DNA of 64,000 nucleotides, from assembly GCA_965153285.1 (NCBI GenBank), contig OZ229119.1; one strand, given 5' to 3'. Positions within the stretch are counted from its first letter, which is position 1. Each line of letters begins with the position of its first letter. This stretch comes from Podarcis tiliguerta. Lineage: Eukaryota. Shown here piece by piece: positions 50,701-59,555 of the stretch. The position numbers and the translations under genes are program-made. The notes beneath the pieces were generated by a model that ran no database searches, was not told the origin of the DNA, and worked only from the letters and a program-made list of their open reading frames with translations.

Positions 50701-53700
50701 ATGTCGGACTGAAGGGAGATCTATTGGGGATTGTTAGTAGCAATCTGACAGAACCCTGTTGAAACGAACAGGTGCTGTGTGTCTGTCTCTCCATTTCCAG
50801 CTGAAGATCAAGGCCAGAGTTGTAACTCCTCAGGAATGTGAACATACGGATAAAAATAACAGGCTCCCCAACTCACATTAAAGCACAAGATATGTTACAA
50901 CAACATCTGCCATGCTTTCTGAAAACATGGTTCTGTTTAGATAGGAGAACTATCTTTTGCTTATGTGACTTGGTAAAGCAATATGTACACTGCTATATAA
51001 TAAAATAATCGTAAGGTGAAGGATCTAGAGACCCTCACCCATTTGCCGTTTGCTGTTATATAGCAATAAATATTTGGCTTTCCCAGAGAAAGTGGCATGG
51101 GGGGGGGGGGAGCGCTTGGAAAGAGAACTTTGCCTTGAAATCCAATGCCCTTTTTGTGCAAGGGGGAATATTGGGGTATTTTTGTTCTTATTTTTATTAT
51201 GTATTTTGTGTCTTTTATATTATAATTTATGTTGTGAACCATCCTGAGATCTACAGATGAAGGGTGGTATACAAAATTAATATTTTTTAAAAAATAATAA
51301 TAATAATAATAGAAAAGTGGAGAGAAGCATAGATGAGCCCTTTGTTGTAAATCACACACTCTAAAACTTTATATGGCATAACTTCATAGCTACTATCATA
51401 TCTTGTACTTCAGCAAGTGACAACCTTTGTTAAAACATCTGCACTGGCTTCCCACATGTTCTTGGGCCAGGTTCAAAGTTATTGTGCTGATTATATATCA
51501 ACACAAGTCCTGGTCTCTATTATCAGAGATAAAGAACTGGTCTCTATTATTTATGAAGAGGTTTCAGAGCATACCACTCGTCCCTTGGTTCGCTTTATAC
51601 TTTACTAGGAGAAAGATCTAAATGTTCAAAAAGAGGAATTTGAATAGAAATCACTGTGGTCAGCTAAGCCTCACAAATCTGTTCCATTATTTGTGAAGGA
51701 ATGCTCAAAGTTGTGCACAGATGGAATAGTACACCTGTGCAGATGTCTCATATTATACCGCAATCAATACAGGATTGCTGGCAGGCCTGTGGGCTCCGGG
51801 AATGCCCTCTGCTCTCATAATTCTGATCCCAAGTTTATAAAGAAATACTTAAAATAATTAAATCATCTGCTCAGGCTTATCCACAACTGTCACTAATGAA
51901 TTTGTGGACTGATAATAGGAAAGCTTGTCACACTAAAGAATTCTGGACATGGATCCTAGCTGGTGCTAGGATTTCAATAATCTAGCTATGGAAAGCTTAG
52001 AAAAAATCTACATTGGTCTTTGTGGTATAAGAACTTATGGACTTTTTGTTATTGTGTGTCTCCAGAGTAATGGGAGAATCCAGAACACTTCTACATCATT
52101 AGGCAGGATTTTATTTCTTATGCTTTGAACGTACATGCAATAGTCACCACCCATGCTAGCCTGGGAAACATGGATGCCTCAATGTATACTGGTGTGTTAC
52201 AATTTCTTTTTCTTTGTTTCTTTATGGTACAATGTAGCACCCTGCTACTAATACTTTTGGGTTGTCAGAAATAAATAAAAATAAAAAAAAGATCTAGAAA
52301 GTTCCGAAAAACTTGGATCAGGATACTTTAAGGACCACATGGTACCATTTAAAGATTTATTGAGGGTAAGTGAATCCCACTAAGAGTTGTAATAGTTTAA
52401 CATTTGGATCAGAAGCTAAAATCCACTTTGTTTATTCTTGATTGACAAAATCACTTTGTGAGGTATAATACACATGAGATAAAGTGCTATTGCTTGATAG
52501 TCAGGGTCAATCCCCTCTGGGCTGATGGGGCATATGAAATGTTACCTACGGCTAAGCAAACAACCTTGTATCTTCTGTATGGTTTAGAGTGACGTACAGA
52601 GGTTTGTGCAACCAACATGTTTGGAATATTGCTTCCATCCCCTTGGTGACTGATAAATTGCATTGAAATGCACACACTTACAACATACCACCTCTGCAGT
52701 GACCTCGAGAATGGTAATCAGAAGAGGAGAGTCTTTGGGTGGCTTTAAAAAGAGGATTAGACAAATTCATAGAGGTAAAGGCTATCAATAGCTGCTAGCC
52801 TCAATGAATATGTTCTGCCTCCATGATCAGAGACAATATGCTTCTGAGTACATTTCTAGAAACCATATTAGCAAATGTCCATTGTCACATTGTTGTAATC
52901 AGATGAGAATGGCAAAAATGTAACTCTGCATAAGGATCCTGATGAAACAATGGACACTTGCAATATGAGCAAACACCTATGAAAAAGTTACATTGGAATT
53001 CTTAGCCAAATACCTTTTCCAGGTGAATAGGATCCTAGAATCTGATGAGAAATGAAGAACCACAGCACATTTACTAGACCTAAGTACCACACATTACAGT
53101 GTTGCACAAAAGTAAAAAAACATTTAAATTTAGAAGTCGAGTGCAACGATTTTACTTCTGCAATTTGTATACTGCTTGATCACAGTTCTCTCTAAGTGGT
53201 GATGCTCCTTTTATTGGTTTCTGAGCAACTGTTGCTGCTAGGCACAATATAGACTTACAACTGTGCAACAGTATCCAAAACTTATATAAAGCGTTATTAA
53301 CAAAACACGACAATTTGGAGAAGCCAACCTGATGTCTTTGGGATGCCTACAAACAAGATGCGAGCATAACAACACATTTGCTCTTGTTTCCCAGGGATCA
53401 ATATTCGAAGCTGTGCTATATCCGATCGGATCCTTTAGGCCATTACATCCAATATCACCTGAATACACAGACAGCCATAGCCCTTACCAATGGGTAAAAT
53501 CCCCTTTTAAAGCTGCCTAAAGTGGCAGCCATCACTACCTTCTTGTGGCAGCAAATTCCCTAGTTTAACTAAGTACAGTGGTACCTCGGGTTAAGAACTT
53601 AATTCGTTCTGGAGGTCTGTTCATAACGTGAAACTGTTCTTAACCTGAGGTTCCAATTTAGCTAATGGGGCCTCCCGCTGCCCGATTTCTGTTCTCATCC

Positions 53701-54271
53701 TGAAGCAAAGTTCTTAACCCGAGGTACTATTTCTGTGTTAGCAGAGTCTGTAACCTGAAGCGTCTGTAACCCGAGGTACCACTGTACTGAGTAGGGGCAG
53801 GGGGTGGGGATAAATTTTGGCTGCCTACCATTCAGCTTCACTGAATGACTCTCCAGTTCTAGTGCATTATTAACAAAACTGGGCAGATGTGCACACACAG
53901 AGAGAAGTATAAAGGACATGTAAGTATGCAAATAGTGGCGTCAAACAGAACAGGATGTTGCCCCTTCACCTGTTGCGCAGAAGGAGGTCTGTTAGCTCTG
54001 TGTATGTGTGGCAGAGTCAGTAAAACTGCAAATGCCACAACCCCCATTAAATTGCGGGTGTGTGTGGACAGGGGCCTCTCCACTTAATGGGCTGGTCTGA
54101 CACAGCCACGAACCCGCGCTCGCCCACCTTCTCAGCCTTGGCCAAGTAAAGCCAGAGGCGCCGCCAGGTGCTGAACTTCTTCCTCTCGCTGAAGTTAAAA
54201 GCCATGTCGGGGCTGGCGTAGCGCGAGACGAGAGGGGAGCGGTAGCGGCAGAAAGGATCCTCCTCGGCCAT
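37908..54271 (-). CDS. ADSL: Adenylosuccinate lyase, 13 exons, 481 aa
   Basis: [77 protein letters not shown]; exon lengths 144,204,45,80,172,47,91,70,148,91,90,177,87 sum to 1446 nt. Confidence 0.98.
38631..38807 (-). CDS. ADSL: ADSL exon 12
   Basis: catag|[11 protein letters not shown]...GRASQQ|gtaaga. Confidence 0.95.
39913..40002 (-). CDS. ADSL: ADSL exon 11
   Basis: tttag|[30 protein letters not shown]|gtatgt. Confidence 0.95.
40924..41065 (-). mobile_element. tRNA-Lys-derived SINE with CR1-type tail (Squam3-like)
   Basis: Head ATAGCTCAGCTGGTAGAGCATGAGACT...GGTTCGAGCCCCACGTTGGGC resembles tRNA-Lys(CTT) with the anticodon deleted; tail GGGTTGGACTAGATG...TTCTATGATTCT is CR1-like. Confidence 0.8.
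41177..41204 (+). repeat. (TG)n microsatellite
   Basis: About 14 TG units. Confidence 0.9.
41464..41554 (-). CDS. ADSL: ADSL exon 10
   Basis: cacag|G RVCLPEAF...VYPK|gtaaga. Confidence 0.95.
42430..42577 (-). CDS. ADSL: ADSL exon 9 (catalytic Ser loop)
   Basis: tacag|[12 protein letters not shown]...DDSAN AG|gtacgt. Confidence 0.95.
42748..42989 (-). mobile_element. Tigger/pogo-like MITE, family A (inverted orientation)
   Basis: TA-CAGTGGTACCT ... AGGTACCACTG-TA; internal sequence is the reverse complement of the 16340 copy. Confidence 0.88.
43697..43799 (-). mobile_element. 5'-truncated RTE/BovB-like LINE 3' end with (AAC)n tail
   Basis: gtcgtgtccgactcttcgtgaccccatggac motif next to (ttg)n. 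Confidence 0.7.
44014..44201 (+). mobile_element. Tigger/pogo-like MITE, family A (internal deletion near right end)
   Basis: TA-CAGTGGTACCTCGG ... GAGGTACCACTG-TA. Confidence 0.88.
44767..44836 (-). CDS. ADSL: ADSL exon 8
   Basis: tccag|[24 protein letters not shown]|gtaagc. Confidence 0.95.
45604..45694 (-). CDS. ADSL: ADSL exon 7
   Basis: ttcag|[13 protein letters not shown]...VHK|gtaaga. Confidence 0.95.
46374..46420 (-). CDS. ADSL: ADSL exon 6
   Basis: ccctgag|[17 protein letters not shown]|gtatgt. Confidence 0.92.
46894..47065 (-). CDS. ADSL: ADSL exon 5
   Basis: tttag|G PAQLTT...DHDK|gtaggt. Confidence 0.95.
47329..47408 (-). CDS. ADSL: ADSL exon 4
   Basis: gctag|[28 protein letters not shown]|gtaagt. 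Confidence 0.95.
47731..47766 (+). repeat. (CT)n(AT)n compound microsatellite
   Basis: Directly visible. Confidence 0.9.
47879..48728. mobile_element. Non-autonomous Tc1/mariner-superfamily (Tc2/pogo-like) DNA element with internal GC-rich minisatellite
   Basis: TIRs CCATATTTTTCGCCCTATAGGAC / GTCCTATAGGGCGAAAAATAGGG, TA flanks, subterminal GTGCGTCCTAT repeats. Confidence 0.85.
48104..48520. repeat. GC-rich tandem repeat (about 110-120-nt unit, about 3.5 copies) with palindromes
   Basis: Recurring cagccccacaagctcgg...ccgccaccccgctattccccgacctggtctggaggctggcgggg; palindrome GGGGAGAAGCAAGCTTGCTTCTCCCC at 48468-48493. Confidence 0.85.
48835..48879 (-). CDS. ADSL: ADSL exon 3
   Basis: gttag|[15 protein letters not shown]|gtgaga. 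Confidence 0.95.
49300..49532 (+). mobile_element. Tigger/pogo-like MITE, divergent family A subfamily
   Basis: TA-CAGTGGTACCTC ... GAGGTACCACTG-TA. Confidence 0.85.
49584..49787 (-). CDS. ADSL: ADSL exon 2
   Basis: tgtag|TCA CTG GGT ... ACG|gtaaaa. Confidence 0.95.
52720..52860 (+). mobile_element. Decayed CR1 LINE 3' fragment
   Basis: tggctttaaaaagaggattagacaaattcatagag...ggctatcaatagct matches the CR1 ORF2 end. Confidence 0.55.
53576..53784 (+). mobile_element. Tigger/pogo-like MITE, family A
   Basis: TA-CAGTGGTACCTCGGGTTA ... TAACCCGAGGTACCACTG-TA. Confidence 0.88.
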
Positions 54272-54660
54272 CGTGAAGAAGGTCCCGCGCAGGGAAGCGG
54301 CACCGTCGAGAGAAGCAGCTGCAACCCGCAGGCGAAAGGGAGGCAGCTGCCCCAGGACCGTAATAAAGGGAGCGGAGAGGTCCCGCCCTCAGGCCCGCCC
54401 CCAACTCAACCTCACCTCCGGCATCCCCGGCCCCCTTCCGGTTCGGCCGCGACTGGACTGGGGCAAGGTCGGGGTCGCAGCGGCCCCTGCTGCTTGGGAG
54501 GCTGCACTGCAGCCCTCGCTCCCCTCAGAGTTAACTTTCCACGTATACTATTGTCCCTATTGGCTGCAACTCCCGAAGAAGTTTTGAGGGGTCTCGGCAA
54601 ACTTCTTACTAAAAATAGCTTCCATTGTTGCCGTGGGGTTAGGGGACGCATATTCCGTGT
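54050..54660 (-). promoter_or_regulatory. ADSL: ADSL CpG-island promoter
   Basis: CpG-dense; GC box at about 54392-54401, ETS/GABP core CCGGAAG (-) at 54435-54441, CCAAT (-) at 54559-54563. Confidence 0.75.
54128..54271 (-). CDS. ADSL: ADSL exon 1
   Basis: ACGATGG start, [14 protein letters not shown]...AEK|gtgggc. Confidence 0.94.
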
Positions 54661-55350
54661 TAGGGATGGTTAGGAATAATGAATGCATCGATTCCTTTAT
54701 ATAAACTAGTGGGGAACGCCTGGCATTTCCATTTTTTATTTTATTTTAAATATAAAGTATGGTGTGGCCCTGCTTTGAATATTGCTTGCCCCAGTTTATG
54801 GTAGAGTTGGAAGAATTAGACATGGGTCTATTACAAAATGGTCTTAAGCTCTCACTGCTCCAACTTTGTGTGGATATCTGGAACACTTATGTATTAACTT
54901 GCATGTTTAAGATTTGTGTACCAATTGTGATCTACCATAGATATTAGTATTATTTGTATACTATTTTTTCCTTTTTTCTTCAACTTTAATTTACCTTGTT
55001 GGCTTTTATCTTCCTTTTTCCTTTCCTTGTTACATTTGCAAATAAATAATAATAATTTATAAGGGGGTAGCTAAAATCAGCAAGAAATAAGACAATCTTC
55101 CATGTAAGCAAAGGCCCAAGAGATTAGATTTTAAGTAGTAACTGTATGAGCTGCCTTTGCATATGTTTATTAACATATGTAATGTGGATGGACTGATAAC
55201 ATAAATGTCGTTACAGTAGAACTTGGACATTCCTCTACAGGAACAGATTTGCATTAAATTCACAGAAGGCCAAAGGAAGTACTTCACATAGCAAAATAAA
55301 CTTGTGGAATTCACTGCCATGAGTTATGGGGAGGACTACTAGCTTAGATG

Positions 55351-55692
55351 GGACGCAGGTGGCATTGTGGTCTAAACCACTGAGCCTAGGGATTGCTGAT
55401 CGGAAGGTCGGCGGTTTGAATCCCCACGACGGGGTAAGCTCAGTCCCAGCTCCTGTCAACCTAGCAGTTCAAAAGCACGTCAAGGTGCAAGTAGATAAAT
55501 AGGTACCGTTCCAGTGGGAAGGTAAACGGCATTTCCATGCGCTGCTCTGGTTTCGCCAGAAGCGGCTTAGTCATGCTGGCGACATGACCCAGAAAAACTG
55601 TGGACAAACATCGAGTCTCTCGGCCAGTAACGCTGGATGAGTGCCGCAACCCCAGTTATCCGCAACTGGACTTAACTGTCAGGGGTCCTTTA
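55351..55692 (+). mobile_element. Full-length Sauria SINE inserted into a CR1 LINE fragment (about 55230-55830)
   Basis: gggacgcaggtggc..gatcggaaggtcggcggtttgaatcc..gcaagtagataaataggtacc..ggggtccttta; near-perfect TSD tactagct(t/c)agatgg. Confidence 0.85.
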
Positions 55693-57077
55693 CTAGCTCA
55701 GATGGCTTAAAAGCAGAATGAGACAATTCGTGTGTAGGTCAAATCAGTTATTTGCCATTATAGCTATACAGAAAGTGTCTGTAAGTGGACACACTACACT
55801 TCTGAGTACAAGATACAAAATATGACCCATCACCCGCTTTGCTTGGAAGCTTCCAGAAGCAGCTGGTCGGTCGCTGCTGAAAACCAAATCCAGACAAGTC
55901 AGACCTTTGTTTGACACAGGAAAAGAATTATCGTGTAACAGTCTCTTTGCAAATCTGTTGCACTTTTGATTCCAGTGATTTTATAAGCCAGTTATTTTCA
56001 AGTTTCAGCAAGTTCAGTACAGTATCCATAATTTTGAATCTTAGGTAATTTTGTTTCCAGGGTTATGAAAGTGTGCTATTCATGATGTGGCCATTCCTTG
56101 ACAACTGACATCACTTATGATGAATCTGTTGTTGACATAACAAGGTCATATAAGATTTGTAACCTTTTGTTTCTCCAAGGAGATTAAAGCAACAATTTTT
56201 GCTGTCACAGATCTGACTTGCTCAGGAGTACCTAATGAGTGTCACATCAGAGTGCAGGTTTATATTGGACTCTAGCAACTACATCACACTAGCTTTGCAT
56301 ACTTTCCCCCAGTGGTGAATAATAGCTTGCTTTGAGCAGTGTTTCGAAATGCAACCCTTTTATAATTGTGTTAGAAGAAACAAGCATTGTCATGTTCAAT
56401 GTGTATTGTGTTGAAGAACCAGGGAAATGATAACCCATATGGTACCCTGAACATACTATAATGTACCATCAAGAAAAACATCTTCAGGGTGGGTGGCATG
56501 GACAGGGGGGAAGGGGCTTTCCTAGCCACCTTGGGAGCTCTCACATAGCTAAAGTAAGTTATTTTGGGTGTTGCTGAATTCCCAGTTCATTTCGATTCCA
56601 GTATGGATTTGAGCTCTCCTCCTCCAATATATAACAAACAAAGATATCAAGGGGATTCACATCTTCCTGCTAAATAATGCTTGTAGTTTGCCCAGCCTGC
56701 ACAGATATCTGAGAGTAGACAAGTAGGTTTGACAACCGTCCATCTGTCTGGTTTCCTTGGTATCCAGTAAAGCTCAATCAGATTCTAGAACCCTTGAATT
56801 TCTCTGATACCAGAATAACAATGTGCTATTGTGTTAAGCCAAGATGCCATTTCTCAATAAAAATAGCTGCCTCCAAACCTAGGAAAAATGTGTGTGCACA
56901 ATTATTTACATGACTGAGGAGATACTAAAGATAAAAATAATAAACTATCAATAGTTTATTGCTGCAAGACTGTGTAAATAGTGAGTATGAATTCCTGAAA
57001 GGAAAATGCACAGCCAAGAAATTATAGTTAACAACTGCATTTTATAGACCAAATCAACAAACAAAAATAAATTGACA

Positions 57078-57244
57078 NNNNNNNNNNNNNNNNNNNNNNN
57101 NNNNNNNNNNNNNNNNNNNNNNNNNNNNNNNNNNNNNNNNNNNNNNNNNNNNNNNNNNNNNNNNNNNNNNNNNNNNNNNNNNNNNNNNNNNNNNNNNNNN
57201 NNNNNNNNNNNNNNNNNNNNNNNNNNNNNNNNNNNNNNNNNNNN
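57078..57244. other. Assembly gap (167 N)
   Basis: N run. Confidence 1.
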
Positions 57245-59324
57245 AAAAAACAAAAACCTTCAGAAAACGTAATATGTATTACACCATCTCTCAATTTCAA
57301 TGAAATGACGACGACTTAATTCCTTATTACTCTCAACTTGTCACACTCCAATAAAACATCACCCTTTTGTTGGTTTGAAATCCAGCATGAGAAATACAGT
57401 ACCTGCTATGGCAAAATACACATAAATGCAACATTTCAGCTTATTTGTACATTAGTAGCGTTTAAACATTTTATTGTCTTTTTAAGTGAAACAGTGATTT
57501 TAAGTACCACTATACTAAAATAAAAATAGAGAAGAGAGGGAGAAGGGGAGGGCAGCATGCCATGCAAGAGCACATAAAGTGCTGTGTTTCTGTGTCCATG
57601 TGAATTCCTAGGATAGAACGTAAGCTGAAATAAAAGCACTATGGGGGAGGGGAGAGAACCAAACAAACTCTAGTATGAAGACATATTGTGCCTTTTCCTA
57701 TTTTCCACTATTCCACCCTTCTTGGATGCCCAACTGACAAATAGAGATGGGTACGTTATTTCAAGTATAAGGAAAAAATACTAATAGGTATCTTTGCAAA
57801 GAGCCTCAATACATGTATCCACTATTATGCCTGCTTGGGGGAAGGGACAGTGTTTCAGGCAATAGCATTTCAGCTGTACCTTCGTATTACCTATTTATGT
57901 GCAAAGTAGAAAAGCTGCCTTTTCTAATCAAGATGTTTTGGACATAGAATATTGTTTACTTCACAAATAAGGCTAGGTGGAGTTAAACTTCTTTCGTTTT
58001 CCGTTAAGACATTTTCCACTACATGGCTTGCTCACCAGAAATGAAGCATAATTCACTAAGTTGGATATCCACAATTGGTCATTTTCCTGATCGGTTCTTT
58101 GTAAACATAGCCCCAGAGGAGCTCTGAAATTAAAGCAGCATTTCAAGTCTCTGTCTAACCAGTGGATGCTAAAGTAGTTCTAAACTCCACTGCTTTTTTC
58201 ATCCCTCCCTCAAAAAAATAAAAAGTTTGTTTTAAAGAAAGCAGTGCATATGTATTAGCAGAGCAAAGCTGCTGTTTGTTTTTGTTAGGTGATCTGCACT
58301 TCAGTTTTCTTGCCCCAACTAGTGGAAGGTGGAATCTTGAGTGAGCATTCATATATGTATGCATGTATCTACACACACACACACAAACAAACAGATACAG
58401 ATACAAATACACCTGCATCATGTTGAATTTGATCACCGTAGAACTTTTAATCACCTAACAGTTGTGGACAGAGCTGCTCCTTGGGGAGTAAAGGATGAAA
58501 AAGATTAAGGGAGTGTCCAACATGGAGACTTCAAATATAGAATGGAACCAAATCTTAGGTTTTCCAAGATCCGAATGCTGGGCTCAATATGCACATCCCT
58601 GAGATGCACGTCTAAGATTGAAGAGAGAATGATGTCCATAATAGATCAGAAAAGGGAGGAAGCAGCAAAGACTCCCTAACTATGGAATTTACCCCAAACC
58701 TCTTATTCCACCCTTCCTCCCAAAGATTTTGAGAAGGCTGTAAGGCATATTCACAAGCAGCTCTTATTAATGAACATTACTGTGTTTCCATGTTTTATTG
58801 GCATACAATGGCTTGTGTATATTGGGAATGAGGCAGCATATGTTTAACACACAAACAGGAAAGCAAGTTTGGATAGTGTCCCCATCTTTAAGCCAACAAC
58901 GTGACAAATATTGTCATTTTACAGAACTCATATAAACTACACAGCAATGTCTCCTTTCCCAAATGCAGCAGATGTGCTGCCATTGTTAATCTAACAAAAA
59001 AGTCCATGTCTAATTAAAAGGGGGACATACAAAAGATGGCAAACTTTACATATTCCAATTCAAGAGGAAGTGTACTTTATTTTTAAAATGTGTCTGTTAA
59101 AAGACTGGCTTTTCTGTATGCTATATGTGGAACTCGAGGGAGATTTGTGAATAGTTTAGCTCTTTAGCTCCTTCCTTCTTGTTAAAAGTAGTTTAAAGTA
59201 TTTGATGGCTTAACAAGTAAAAAATAAAATACACTGTTTCCTCTCCTATTTCCTCTTTGCACATCCCTGAGATGTACGTCTAAGACTGGGAAAGGAGGTA
59301 GCCTGCTAGTTACACCTCCATATA

Positions 59325-59555
59325 ATAATACTTATAAAAAGTACTTTTTCTTTGAAGCACTTCACAAAAACCTGTAGTCAATCCTCACAAAACCCCTGTG
59401 AGGTAGGTAAGTATTATTATCCCCATTTTACAGATGGGGAAACTGAGGCAAAGGTTAAATGACTCTTGCCTAAGGCAAAAAGAGGGAAGAGTAAAGGCCA
59501 GGATTAGAACTCAGGAGTTTCAGCCTCATGATCCAGTCTTCAAACCACTAGGACA
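59325..59555 (-). mobile_element. Ancient MIR/CORE-SINE
   Basis: cctcacaaaacccctgtgaggtaggtaagtattattatccccattttacagatggggaaactgaggca closely matches the MIR core. Confidence 0.85.

Noticed and set aside
56948-57300. ORFs spanning X runs
   Set aside because: Produced by the N gap
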